Positions 31,371 through 46,300 of a DNA stretch of 64,000 nt are shown here, piece by piece. A model generated the notes under the pieces. The model was not told where the DNA came from. It was given only the letters and a program-made list of their open reading frames with translations, and searched no databases. The DNA comes from Bacteroidota bacterium (GTDB lineage: Bacteria > Bacteroidota > Bacteroidia > AKYH767-A > 2013-40CM-41-45), in the NCBI GenBank assembly GCA_016721305.1, contig JADKIH010000001.1, forward strand, positions 192,091 to 256,090. Direction: 5' to 3'. A program made the translations under genes and the position numbers. Numbering within the stretch: the first letter of the stretch is position 1; each line of letters begins with the position of its first letter.

Positions 31371-34300
31371 TTATGGATGGATTGAGAAGATACCAGCAGA
31401 GTTGTTGATATCGAAGTACGGATAATCATTCGGATCTACGAAACCATCACCATTCAAGTCAGTTGTAATGTAATCACAACACAAACCTGCTGAGTTATCG
31501 ATGTCATAGTACGGATAATCATTCGGATCTACGAATTCATCCTGGTTGATATCACCTGAGAAGATTGAATAGATACCTTCTAATAAATCATCAGCTGCCA
31601 TTCCACTCATAGACTGGATAGGATCAGTAGAGAAGTCGTAGCTAGCCGGTGTAGCTGTTGCTAATGCAACCGGAGCTGCAGACCATGTAAGAACTGAGTT
31701 ACGGTGACGGATAGCAATGTAATAGTTACCATCTAAGCCACTCACAACAGCTGAACATGTTCCATCTGTCATCAATACTGCCTTTGTAGAGCCGGCAAGT
31801 AAGAATGTATTCTCATCATAAATCTCAACAGTGATTGTGTCTGTCTCAAGACCTGTAGCACCTGCTACTGCCTGATTCGCCAATACCGGTTGCATTGTTC
31901 CTGCACCGATGTAGTAACCCTGGAGGTAAGCAACAAGGTCAATTTGCATTGGATTGCCACAAGGATCACCTGTAGAAGTTACATCAACACTGTTCGATAC
32001 TATTGAACAACCAAATGCATTCGTAACTGTGAAGCTGAATGAATATGGGTTAGCGAAGATGAATGAGAAGTTGCTGTTATCAACAAACAACGAGTTACCT
32101 GTTGAACCATCGAAGTCGTTCCATGCGATAGAAGCACCTGCGCCTGCACCTGTTGTGTCGGCATTCAGAGTTACGCTACCTGTAGCACACAGGATCGGAT
32201 TTCCACTTACAGAGATAACTGCAGTTGTAGGAGACGGATTAACCGTGATATCAGTCGACAATACTTGTGTACAACCGTTAGCATCAGTTACAGTTACTGT
32301 GTAAGTTCCAGCAGTTCCTGTAGTGATACACTCTGTAGTTTCAGATGAAGACCAAGAGAACGTGCTGTATGTAGCTGCAGGTAATACGCAGATACTAACT
32401 GTTCCTGGAGCACAAACTGAAGCCGCAGAACCGGTAGACAATGAAGCCGGAATCACAGTGAATACGTTGATAGTCTGAGAAGCTGTTGCTGTACAAGTAC
32501 CGTTAGCAACTGTCAGAGTATAAGTAGTTGTTGCAGTAGGGTTCACAGAAAGAACTTGTGAAGTACCAACCACGCTAACACCGTCTGACCAGCTGTAGCT
32601 AGTGTAACCTGCACCACCATCCAATGTTACGTTGCTACCACCACAAATTGTAGTTGCGCTAGGAACGATTGTAGGAGCTGTAAGTGGAGTGTAATCGATT
32701 GTTACACTTGCGCTGCTTGAACAACCTGTAGAGCTTGACGCCACAACTGTGTAAGTTGTAGTTGCTGTAGGACATGCATGTAATGTAGGACCTGTTACAG
32801 AACCCGGATTCCAAGTATAAGTGATTGGACTTCCAGTGATACCGTAAAGTTGCATGTTCGGACGCTGACTAAATGTATTGATTGTAGATGTCGGTGCGAA
32901 TGTCACAACACTACAGTTACCATCAGCATGTGTTTCTGCAGTTGAAACGAATGCAGTAGTTGATTGATTTACTACATCGTTATCTGCGAAGTCTGTACAT
33001 GCCGTTGTAGGACATGTTGCACAATTCACCAATGATACGTCAACGACTACGTTGCTTGTACCATTCCAGCTGAATGGAGTCGTGAAGTTGAATGTATTCC
33101 AACCTGTAGCACTGAAGTACGTTGCAGGATCAGTATACACTTGAGTCATACCTGAACTTACAAACGCTGCAGACATTGAAGTAGCTGAAGTTGCTGCCAT
33201 TGAAACCTGGAAGTTCATGACTCCATTAAGTGCTCCAAGAGAAACAACATCAAATCCTAATTTAGAGATTGGACCTGCTACCAAACCTTGAGCAGAAAGC
33301 TCAGATGCAAGGATCAGATACTGCTCGTGGTGAGCTGTCCAGAACTGACCCAATGGAGCCGGCTGACTAGACGTAGTATTCTGAACTGTACCTGTACCGA
33401 TAGTTACCGTTGCAGGAGCAGAAACTGTTGCACCAACAACTGACAGATCTACACACTCACCTACGTTACATACTGAAGTAGCAGTTGCACTGATTACCGG
33501 AGTTGCAGGAGTTTCATTTACATTGATTGTAATTGAAGCAACTTCCTGGCAAGTAGCAAATGTACCTGTTGTGTTATCTATTGCACCAACGAAGTAAGTC
33601 GTAGTTGCACTTGGAGTTACTGTGTAAGCAGCACCTGTGAAGATCACAGTTACGCCATCAGTTGACCAACCGTAAGTGTAGTTAGGATCGTTAGAACTTG
33701 TAGCAGTAAGCGTAAGAGTAGTACCTGAACAAATTGTGTTTGAAGGCGCACTGTTAGTAATTGTAACAGTTGGAGCCGGATTCACAGTTGCAGTTACGAA
33801 TTGACGACCTGCAGGATCTAAACATGTACCGTCGTAAGCAATTACCCAGAATGTAGTAGTTGATGTTACGTTCGTAGTATATGTTGCTGTGTTAGTTGCA
33901 AGAGGTGTACCACCTGAAGAGTTGGCATACCAGTCGAAGCTACCTACACCTGTTACGCTCATTGTTACTGAACCAAGACCACAACGTGTAGCGTTAGTTA
34001 CAGAAGTAATTGAAGGGCTTAATACTGTCACCAGAGCCGAAGCTGAAGTATCAGCAGAACCACTACATGTTACATAAGCACGGTAGTAAGTAGTTGCAGA
34101 GATTGAACCTGTAGTATACAGAGCAGAGTTAGCTCCTGAAATGTCAGTCCAAGTATCAATCAAACCTGAAGCAGATTCTTGCCATTGGTATGATGCACCT
34201 GAAGTTGCATTTGTTACAGTCAACGTTACCGGACCTGATCCACAGATTGTAGATGGAGATGCAGAAACCGTTGGTGTAGCAGGAGTTGCAATTACATCTA

Positions 34301-37300
34301 CAGTTACAGATGCAGTTGATGTACATCCTGTAGATGCATCAGTTGCTGTTACTGTATAAGTAAATGTGCCTGTAGAAGATGGAGTCACAACTTGTGTTCC
34401 ACCAGATAATGAACCCGGATTCCATACGAATGTAACACCAGGATTTGGAGTGATCAATGTGATTGCATAGTCTTCAGTTGAACCTGAACCCATTGCAAGA
34501 CAAGCGTCACCTGAACCGTTAGTATTACCATTCAGACGTGAACGGATACGCATTCCTGTTAAACCCGGAGAAGCAGTAACCGGTACGTTAATAGTAACTG
34601 TACCAGAAGCAGCTGAAGTCCAAGGTTGAACCCACTCAGAAGCGTCATAAACGCCATCACGGTTGTAGTCAATCCATACTGAGATGATTGATGTACCACC
34701 TGTAGCAAGTGTCATTGTATAAGAAGCGCCTGTAGCAAGTGTAGTTGTCTCTGTTCCAACCGGTGCATTCACATGATAGAATGGAGATACACAAGCAGGA
34801 GGAGTACTGTTCAATGTATTGATCTGAACAGAAGTTACACAAGAAGAACCGGCATTAGTTACTGTACAGTAACCTGAAGGAAGAGTATTCGGTCCGATCA
34901 GATCAGATGTAGCAAATAATGTAGAGCTTGATCCTAAACAGATAGTTGAAGGAGTAGCTGATGCGGTATTGATTACCGGAGGAGCTGTTGTCGTTACAAC
35001 TACTGAAGATGTAGTTACACAATTGTCATCAGCATCAGTTGCTGTTACAGTATACGTGAATGTACCGCCTGCAGTTGGAGTAACTGTTACAGGAGAGCCT
35101 GACATTGAAGTCGGGATACCTGAACCTGATACAGGGAAGGCTGTCCAAACATATGTATACGTATTCGTTGAACCTGTCTGTGTTGCAGTCAAGTCGAATG
35201 AACTGTTACCACAAGCTGAAGAAACGCTTGATGAAGCTGTTACTGCATCCGGACTACTTACTGTCTGAACTACCGGTGTACGGAGTGACTCGCAAGTACC
35301 ATCGAATTCTGCTACATAGAATGTAGTTGTAGAACTGATTGTGTAAGCTGTAAGAGTTGCACCTGTTTCACCTGAAATTGGAGTACCACCTGTTGGAGTC
35401 AAGTACCAGCTGAATAAACCACCTGAACCTGAAACTGAACAATTTGGAATACCAACACCACACTGATTGTTATCAGTAGCAGTTGGAGCAGAAGGAAGTG
35501 GATTCACTGTTACATCAACTGTTGCAGTTGAAGTACAACCTGAAGCCGGATCTGTTGCAGTTACAGTGTATGTAGTGTTAGATGTCGGATTCACAGTAAC
35601 AACGTTTCCGCTGCTGAGTGATCCCGGACCCCACTGCCATGCATATGAACCTGCACCTGAAGTAGTAGCATAATTTATGCGAACGTTATCAATTGCCCAT
35701 CCTGCGTATTCAACGCTTGTATCAGATGTGAAACGGAAACGTACACGGAATGTAGTTGCTGAACTTACTGAAGCAAGACTGATAGTCTCATGTTTCCAGA
35801 AACTAGTTGCAGGACCTGCAGGGTAAGTTGAAGCTGAACCGGTAAATTGAGCTGACCAGTCTGCATAGCTACTAGTTTCCCAACCAATCGCACCTGCAGC
35901 TACCATATCCGGAGACAATGTACCGGCACCTAAGTAAGCAGCAAGAGGGAAGTTCAACCAAGTTGCACCACCGTTGAGTGAGTACTCGATGCGACCATAG
36001 TCGAATCCGTTCTCAGAAGCACAGATATGCCAGAATTCAAATGTCGGACTAGATAATGTACTTAAGTTAACGTCAGTTGTCATTGACAAGCTTCCGTCAG
36101 CTGAAGGTACATAAGTATTCTTAGCCGATGCAGCACCTTCCTGGAAGTATGTTCCATTCAATGCCCAAGTCACACCTGTTCCGCTTGTAGCGAATGATGC
36201 AGGGAATGTCTCGAAGCCTTCGTGGAATGATGAACCTGCAGGTAAGCCTGTAAGTGCTGTAAGCACTACATCTGAACCTGAACATACTGTACTAGGACTA
36301 GCTGTAGCTGAAGTGATGTTTGGTAATCCTGTTACAGTTACCACTACCGAAGAGGCTGTTACACAACCGGCAGTTGCATCAGTGGCAGTTACAGTGTAAG
36401 TATAAGTACCTTCTGCAGTCGGAGTCACAGATACAGGTGAACCTGTTTCTGATCCTGAAATACCGCTGCCTGTTGAAGGACTAGCAGAGTATGTTAATAC
36501 ATAAGTGTTTGTAGAACCTGTTTGTGTTGCAGTCAATGTGATTGCCGAACCTAAACATGTTGGTGAAGAAGCTGCCAGAGATATTGCATCCGGATTAGTT
36601 ACTTCTGCAATTACTTCTGCACGTGGACCTTCGCATGTACCATCGAATTCTGATACATAGAATGTTGTTGTAGAAGATACTGTGTAAGTAACCAATGAAG
36701 TTCCTGACTCACCTGCGATTGGAGAACCGCCTGTAGAAACAGTATACCAACGCATGATACCACCTGAACCTACTGCAGATGCCATTGGCACACCAACACC
36801 ACACTGTGTAGAGTTAGTAGCTGTAGGAGCTACAGGAACAGGGTTAACTGTTACGTCAACTGTTGCAGTTGATGTACAACCTGATGCAGGATCTGTTGCA
36901 GTTACTGTGTAAGTATTAACACCAATAGATGAAGGTGTTGCAGTTACACTGTTTCCTGACAATGAACCAGGATTCCATGTCCATGTATAAGTACCAGGAC
37001 CTTGACCGCCTGTCATCGCACCAAACGTCATAATCGGACGTGAAGTTGATGTTGAGCTACCAGTTGCATCTGTGCAACCTGTTGTAGTACCTGATCTATG
37101 AGTGTTTGCATTGAAACCAACGGTTTCAGTAACTATTGTTGCAGTTCCTAAAACGCTGTTTGTCTGACAAACATTGATCAACAAGTTAGATGTACCATTC
37201 CAGAAGAACGGAGTTGAGAACGTGTGTACGTTCAATCCTGCAGATACAGGAGTGAAGCTCGCAAGAGTGTACACAGATGTCAATGACGTTGTCTCGAATG

Positions 37301-40300
37301 TAGTCGACAATGCGGTAGCACTTGTATTAGCCATACCGATTTCGAAGTTAATCATCGTACCTGTAGAACCGGCTGTTGTAGTGAAGGCAAGACTAGTGAT
37401 ATTACCAGGTGCCATTCCCGCAGCAGTTAATTCGCTGGCAAGAACTAAGAGTTGAGATCTGATTTGGTTACCACCACCGTTACCAGAACGATATGGGTTA
37501 CCTTCATTTCCACCGATTGAACCTGTACCTGCACCACCTGTACTTACTGTACCCGGAGCGAAGTCGTTAGTCAATCCCTGTTAATGTTGTAGACTCACCT
37601 AAACAAACTGTGCTAGGAGATGCTGTAGCAGAACCGATAAACGGAGCTGCACCAACAACAACAGTCACAGAAGAAGACGCATTACAGAATCCGTCAGTTA
37701 CATTGAGCGTATAAGTATACGTTCCTGCTGCTGTCGGAGTAATTGTAAGAGCTGTGCTAGGCACATACGAGCCTGTCAATGGAGTAGTAATTCCACTTCC
37801 TGTTGAAGGCGAAGCAGATAATGTATAATCTATCCAAGGATAAGGGAGTGTACCGTCTGTCATAGTAAGAGTAACAGTACCACCTTGACATGCCGGACTT
37901 GTAGCTGAAAGAACCACATTACCTGCATCAATTACATCCTGGAATACGGCAACACGTGCACCTTCGCAAGTACCATCGAATTCAGATACATAGAATGTAG
38001 TCGGAACTGAGATTGAGTAAGCTGTAAGTACTGTGCCCGACTCACCTGCAATCGCTGTACCACCTGTTGGAACAGTGTACCAACGCATTAAACCACCTGA
38101 ACCTACTACTGTACAAGTTGGAACACCAGGTCCGCACTGAGCATTGTCAGTTGCAGTTGGAGTTGCCGGTAATGGATTAACCGTTACAGTTACGTTCGCG
38201 AAGTTTGAACAAACTCCGTCGTTCGCTTCTACTGTATAAGTAGTAGTTGTTGTAGGAGTTACAGTTACAGTATTTCCTGACAATGAACCAGGATTCCAAG
38301 TCCATGTAAGTGAACCGGCACCTGTTGTAAGTGTCTGAGCACCGAAACGCATGTTTGGACGAACTGAGTTAGATGTCGTAGCTGCTGTAACTAATTGAGG
38401 GTTACAACCTGCTCCATCTGAATAGTAGTAACTGTGTGAAGTAAATGCAGTTGTTGTATTGTTTACAACGGCATTCTGAGTGTATGATACACCGCTACCT
38501 GTAGTATTACAAGTTGTACTTGCAGGACCAACACAAGAAGGACAATCACTGAATGTGATATCAATCAGGACATTCGAAGTACCATTCCAGAAGAATGGAG
38601 TCGAGAATGAGTGACTTGTCCAACCTGCTGTAGGGTTGAAGTTACCTACTGTGTAAACCTGAGTAGCACCTGTTTCGAATGTTAATGAAGCAGTAGTACT
38701 TGCTGTGTTCTTCATTGAAATCGTGAAGTTTCCATAACCAAGTGCATTTGTATTGCTCACAACGTCGAAACCTAATGATGTGATGTTACCTGCATACATT
38801 CCTGAAGCTGAAAGCTCAGAAGCAAGAACAATCATTTGGTGACGGTTACCTGTGTAGTAGTTACCATAAGGAGGCATGTTTGTAGTAGTAGAAGTACCGT
38901 TTTGGAGTACGCCTGTTCCTACTGTAACATCACCTGCGGCAATAATCGGTGTTTGTGCTGTTAACACTACTGATTCACCTGCACAAATTGTAGATGGAAC
39001 TGCAGTGATAGAGCTGATAGTCGGAGGTGTAGTTACTGTTACCACAACCTGAGCTGTAGTAGCACAACCTGAACCTGCGTCATTTGCATTTACCGTATAA
39101 GTGTAAACACCACCGGCAGTTGCCTGAATAGTCTGAGAAGCACCAGTCAACGGAGTAGTAATACCGCTATTTGCTGAACTTCCAGTCCATGAATAAGCGT
39201 AGTTTGGATCATTTGTACTTGTTGCATCCAATGTAAAGTTAATGAACGGACAAGTTGTTGATACAGTTGATGTAGCTGTAACAGCAATTGGAGATGTTAC
39301 CTCTGCTATTACTTCTGTACGTAAGCTTTCACATGAACCATCGAATTCAGAAACATAGAATGTTGTAGTCGATGAAATTGTGTAAGCTGTTAAATGATCT
39401 TGCGACTCACCTGAAAGTGGGCTACCACCTGTTGATGCAAGGTACCAACGGAATAAACCGCCTGAACCTGTTACTGCACAACCCGGGATGGCTGTACCAC
39501 ACTGAGTTGAGTTAACTGCAGTTGGAGCAGCAGGAAGTGGATTTGTATTCACTACTACCGAAGCTGTAATTGAACAACCATTTGCGTCTGTAGCGATCGC
39601 AGTGTAAGTTGTTGTTGCAGTTGGCGTTACTGAAACCGATGCACCTGTACCTACTGTAGAAGTACCATCTGACCAAGAGAATGTTACTGTTGGAGCTGTG
39701 TTAGCTGCAAAAGTGAATCTTGGACGACTAGTACCTGTGCCTGTAGCTGTAGTAGAAGCTAGCATTGTAGCAGGAGTTTCAGAATCTGCCTGACGGTAAG
39801 CTGAGCATGTGAAACCAGGAGCATCAACTTTCATTGTTGAACCTGTAGCAGTTGTTGCAGCCGGTACACTAGACCAAGAAACAGATACAAGGATATTTGA
39901 TACTCCGTCCCATGTCCAGCTTGAGCTTGAACCGGCACCGGTACCGAATGTGAATGTATTTACAGTGTTTGCTACCGGTGTAATTGCGTCGTTCACACCT
40001 GTACCGAGGTAAACCTGAGTAAGACCAGTAGTTACAAAGGCAGTTGTCATTGCTGTCAACGATGTTGAAGCAAGGCTAACTGAGAAACCATTGTATGTGG
40101 TACCGGATGTTGTCGGTTCGTAAGAGATCGCTGTGATAGGACCTGCACTTACACCAATAGCAGCCAATTCCGATGCCTTGATAATGTATTGTGTTTTAGC
40201 ACCACCCCAACCTCCTGGTAAGAAGGAAGCAGCTGTAGATGCGGATGTGGATGCACCTGCACCAAGAACTGCATTGCCTGGTTTAGAAGCAGCAGAAGAT

Positions 40301-43300
40301 AAAGTAACTGACTGACCTAAACAAACCGGATTTGGAGTTGCACTTGCCGTAGCAGTTGCGCCTAACATTGGCTCATCTGCATAAGATGTTCCTGTGATAG
40401 ATGGAGTATAAACTCCGTCTGTAGCAACAGCAGAATAAGTAACTGTAGCGTTAACCGGTGTAGTAGCTGCAGGAATTGTTCCTGTCCAGCTAGTAGGACC
40501 ACCTGTCATTGCAACAGTTGTTGGTGTACCACCATTATATGCATAAGTAAGGTTAACACCTGTAACCGGAAGAGCTCCGTCTACAGTTGTAACTGTAATT
40601 GTACGAGCTGTAGCTGTACATGCTATACCTGATGGACTCGCAGAAATTGCAGTAATCGCAGGTTGAACCTGTGTACCTGCAAATTCGTCAGCACCGATAT
40701 CCGGAGTTGTTCCGCGTGTATCGCCATCGAAGTCAGTTGTAACACCACTGATAGTAGCAGCACCTGATTCAGCAGCTGTAGAAGCACCTGCAGTGAAATG
40801 CAAGAATGTTGAAGCTGAACCTGTAGTACTTGCGAATGTTGCATTCTCAAATACTGACGCTTGCTCACGTGGAGCTAAACCAGCCAACACTTTGTAAGCT
40901 GCTAAAGTAGCCTGAGCTGCTGTTCCGTCGTAATAAACCGGAGTCGTAGCTGTACCACCTGTGAAATACAAGTTGTTGTTAGATGTAGAAGCAAATGCTG
41001 TAAATGTTGCAGCAGCTCTTCTGAAACCAACAGCCAATGATGTACCGCCTGCGTTCAAGCCGTTATAGATGATGTTGTTACGTAAGTTAACAGAACCAGG
41101 AGTTACTGTAGCGCTTACACCTGAACTACCGCCTGAAGTTGTTCCAGACAAACGGATAGTGTTGAAGTAAACATTTACTGTTGAACCACCTGTTAAGCTA
41201 ATACCCATGATAGCATTTGTACCGGTTGCACCAACTGAGTTGAGGTTACCGATGATGTTATTACGGAGAGTAACAGTTGTACCTGAAGTAACAGACATAC
41301 CTGTGATTGTAGAAGCACTACCACCTGCCGTAAGGTCATAAACCTTGTTGCTAGAATAAGTTGCAGTCAAAGATGCAGAAGAAGTAATACCTGTAATTGT
41401 ACCACTGCTGGCTGCTTGCAATGTTGCTAAGCCTGCAACTGTGTTACCACTTACTGTACGTAATGTTGTAGCAAGTGTATTGTTCACAATACCGCGAATA
41501 GAATGAGTTGAAGTTGAAGCACCACCTACTGTTAAGTTAGTAATTGTGTTGTTTGTAACTGTCTCATCTGTTGAAGAACCTGCGTTAGAGAAACCGGTGA
41601 TTGTACCGACACCAGCAGACAACGCTGTAATTGTGTTATTGTTAATTGTATTACCTGTGAATGTGTAAGCTGTTCCGGAAGCTCCAGAAACAACAGCACA
41701 GTTCATTGTACAAGCAAGAGCACCACCTGCGATAACGTTACCTGTGATGGTGTTGTTATCGTAGTGATTCACACTAGCTGGAGTAGCAACAGAGCTAGAA
41801 CCGGCAGTGTATGTTGTCATAGTACCGGTTGAAGTCTTAGTGTTGTTAGTAATAGTGTTATTGCTAACGGTAATTGTACCAGGTGTACCTGTATTGGCAA
41901 TACCTGTGAATGTTCCTGTTCCTGATAATGAGTTAGTAGAAACAGTATTGAATGTCATTGTAACATTCGCATTCGTACCTGTTAAACCTGAAGTGATACC
42001 TGTGAATGCAGCAGTTGTTGCAGCAGACAATGTACAGTTCTGAACTGTGTTATTGCTGATGCTTGCTGTATTACCTGTACCTGAAGAACCCCAAGTGATA
42101 CCGATTACGGCACCGGTTGTAACTGCCGGAGATACAGAAACAGTATTACCTGTGATTGAACCGTGTGGACCGCTACCACCGTTGATACAAGTTAATGCAC
42201 CTGTGTGAGCAGCTGAAACACTGTTGATCTGGTTATTGGAAACTGTGATAGCACGGTTATCAGCGAATGATACAACAGTACAAGCAACAGTACTACCACC
42301 GAAGTTAGTGAAAGTGTTACCTGATACTGTATTCAATGTATCGTTTGTGCTAGATGTACCTGAAGCTGCCGTAGCTGCATTGAAGATAACACCACCGTAA
42401 GTATTCGTGATTGTGTTATTTGTGATGCTTACTTTGTTACGGAAGGCCTGGATACCTGCTGCATCACCTGCTACTCCACCATATGTAAATGTTGTAGAAG
42501 CAAGATCTGTAGTGTTTGCAACACGTACACCGATTGCAGCTGTATTAGCTTTATTTAATGTGATTACACCATTTGTGTAAACTACATCGTTAGATCCATT
42601 TACGTTATCGCATTTGTAAACACCAAGACCTGCTTCCATTTCTACTGTAGCAGATGCTGTATTACCGTCGAACAGGTCGATACCGTCGAAAGTAATGTTA
42701 TCCATACCAACAACGTCAACGACGTCATCCGTAAACGTACTTCCCGCACCCGTACCTACACCTGCACTGATCTTCGCATTAGCACCGGCACCTGCTTCCA
42801 CAAACGTTACTGTTTGTGTAGGACCTGATTGTAAACCTGAAGCGAGAGCACACATCTTGAACACGATACCTGCTGAAGGAGCTGTTTCAGTGTAACCTGC
42901 TGCAACGTTGAATACAACGTTACCTGCAACACCTTTAGTATTCAAGTCGTTTGCTGCAGCTGCGAAGCTTGCATAGTTTGAACAACCTGAACCACCAATA
43001 GTATATGTTCCTGAAAGCGGACCACTTGGAGAGATCACAACCGGAGCTGAAGTAGCTGAACATCCTACTGAACTTGTTACAGTTACAGTGTATGAACCTG
43101 TTGTTGAAGTAGAGTAAGTAGCTGCATTCGGACCTACTGAAGTAGTACCATTCAATGTATAAGCGTAAGTAGTAATTGTCTGTGGACTTGCAGAAGCCGT
43201 TGTTGTCAACGTTGCACTGCTTCCACCTAACAATGTTGTACAGTCAGCAGCAAGTGATACTGTTGGAACTGTACCTACTGTTAATGTAAGTGAAGAAACC

Positions 43301-46300
43301 GCTGCAGCACAAGAACCTGCTCCATCCGGATCGTCTGTAGTTAAAGTAATCGTAACTGAACCTGCTGCGATATCGGCAACAGATGGAGTGTACGTTGTAG
43401 CTGTACCGAATACATTCGATGGATTGAATGTACCTGTACCGCTTGATGACCATGTAGCTGTTGTAGCTGTACCACCGATAGAACCGCCTAATGTATAGTC
43501 ACCACCGCAAATTGTTGCGTTAGCACCTGCAGAAGCAGTTGCCGGAGTTGTACAAGGGCTGATAATAAATGATGCTGCAATTGTATGATCTGCTGCGATA
43601 GCTGTAAATGTGTATGAACCAACAGCACCTACAGAAACTCCGTCAACCAGAACGTCATCAACTTGATAACCTGCGTCAGGAGTGATAGTAAATGAAGGTG
43701 ATGTACCACAATCAACAACTACAGCACCTGACGGAGCAATTGTTCCGTTTGATCCTGCAGAAGCAGTAACAGTGTATTGAATCATAGTTACAACAAATGG
43801 AGCTGAAGTAACAGCACAACCATCAGTAATTACGTCTACTGTATAAGAACCACCTGCGGTTGCTGTATAAGTAGCATTTGTTTCACCGCTGATAGGGTTA
43901 CCGCTTTCGTTCCACTGATATGTTGTAGTTGCACCTGAAGCAGTTGCAGTTAATACTGAAGGACTACCAGTACAAATTGTTGAACTTGTTCCTGAAACGC
44001 TTACTGATGCATTATTAACAGTAATAGTTGCTGTTCCTGAATTTGAACAAGAACCGATAGTAGCAGTTGCAGTATAAGTAGTTGTTGAAGTCGGAGTTAC
44101 CGATACACTTGCAGTTATGTCTGAAGTGTTTGGTGACCATGACCAAGTTGGATTTGTAACTGAAGAATAAGTAAAGTATGTATTCAGACGGTTAGCGCTA
44201 GTTGTAGCTGTTGGATTCATTACAGTAGCAAGATCCGAAGTAGCGCTTGTAGTAGATGTTGTAGCATATACTGCAGTGTTACCGGAAGTAGCTGTGTAAT
44301 ATGTCTGAGCATTGTTGATATTGTCAACACCATCCTGACGAAGATCGACTAAGAGGTTTGAAGTACCATTCCAAGCATAAGGAGTTGAGAAAGTGATCAC
44401 GTTGTTTCCTACTGCATGACTGTATGTTGCAGGACCGTAAACCAATGACAAACCTGATGTTGTGAATGTAGTCAATGTTGATGTACCAACTGTTCCCATG
44501 TAAACACGGAAGTTAGTTACATTCGTATTATCACCTAATGTTGTGATATCGAATCCGATTGAAGTGATGTTGCCGGCAAAAATACCTGCAGCATTCAATT
44601 CAGCCGGTGTAAACACCATCTGGCACCAGTACTGAGCCCAACGGTTACAGAAAGCTGTAGGTTGAGAAGTAGAACCGGACAACGAAGTTGCTGTTCCTAC
44701 AACACCTGCTCCTGATGAACCGATTGTACCACCCGAAGCAACTAATGTCTCAGCCGATGTTCCGCAATGTAATGCAGAAGCCGGAGTGATAGTTACTGCT
44801 GAAGGAGTAGCATTTACGGTTACAGTTGCTGTTGCTGTTGTGTTACAACCAGAACCATCTAACGCACTTACTGTGTAAGTAGTAGTAGATGTTGGGCTAA
44901 CACTATAAGAAGCAGCAGTTGGACCACCTGTCCAAGTGTATGTATAGTTCGGATCGTTTGAACTTGTTGCAGTCAAAGTTGTGCTCTGACCGTTACAAAT
45001 TGTTGTCGTTCCGCCGATAGATACTGATGGAGGTGCGTTTACTGTAACGATTACCTCAGTACGCGGTGTACTTTCACATGTTCCATCGAATTCTGTTACA
45101 TAGAATGTAGTTGTAGCAGAGATAGAAGTTGTGTAAGTAGCCGATACTCCCCGATTGAATTGGTGAGCCTCCTGTAGAAGCTGCATACCAACGGAAATTC
45201 GGTGTTCCTGCACCTGTTGTAGAAGTAACAGAAGCTGTTGGAACGTGAGGACCGCACTGTGTTGAGTTAGAAGCTGTCGGAGCTGATGGAAGCGCTACTA
45301 CAGACACAGAAGCTGTGCTTGCAGAAAGTGTACAACCATTTACATCCGTTGCAGTAACCGTATAAATAGTAGTTCCTGTTGGAGTTACTGTTAATGGGCT
45401 ACCTGTTCCAACTGAACTTGTTCCGTATGACCATGCAAATGTTAAGCCTGAAGCAGCTTTAACACCTGTCCATGTGAATTTCGGACGGTTTGAGTTCGGA
45501 GTTGAAGATGAACCACCTGATGGAGTTCCAGTTGTTCCGCAGATAGTCGCAGATGTCTGACTATCTTGCTGCCAGCCGAAGTTACATACATATGAAGCAA
45601 CATCATATTTGATAGTGCTTGATGATGATGTAGTAAGGCCTGTGCTCCAGCAGAAGCTAACAACGATATTTGATGTTCCGTTCCAGTTGAATGGAGTTGA
45701 GAACGTAAGTGTATTTACACCTACTGTCGGAGTATAGCTTGCACTTGTATAAACGTCAGTCAAACCTGAGAAGAAGCTGTTAGTCATTACAGTGTTAGCT
45801 GTAGAACCGATGCTTAATGCTAAATCAGGGTAAGCCTGACCTGAAGTTGTTGCTTCAAATGATAAAGCTGTGATGTTACCGGCAGACAAACCTGCTGCAG
45901 TAAGATCAGAAGCTCTGATTAGGTATTGAGTTTTTGCACCACCCCATGATCCAGGGAACATTGTTGTTCCGAGTGATGAAGATGTGCTTGCGCCTGCTCC
46001 AAGAGCAACCGTACCATTTTGAGTAGCAGCACCTGTTAAAGTAGTTGTGCTACCTGTACAAACTGTGAGCGGAGAAGCGGAAGCCGAAGCAGAGTAACCT
46101 GTTAAAGGCTCGTCCTGATAAGAAGTTCCTGTCAACGAAGCATTCAGTGGAACGCTGTTAGTTGCAGTTACGCTCCATGTTACAACAGCATTCACAGGTG
46201 TACCGACAGGTATTGTTCCAACCCAAGTGTTACCTGATGAATTTGTCATTGTAATAGGAGACTGAGCAGTACCATTAAAACTGTAGTTTAATACTACTCC

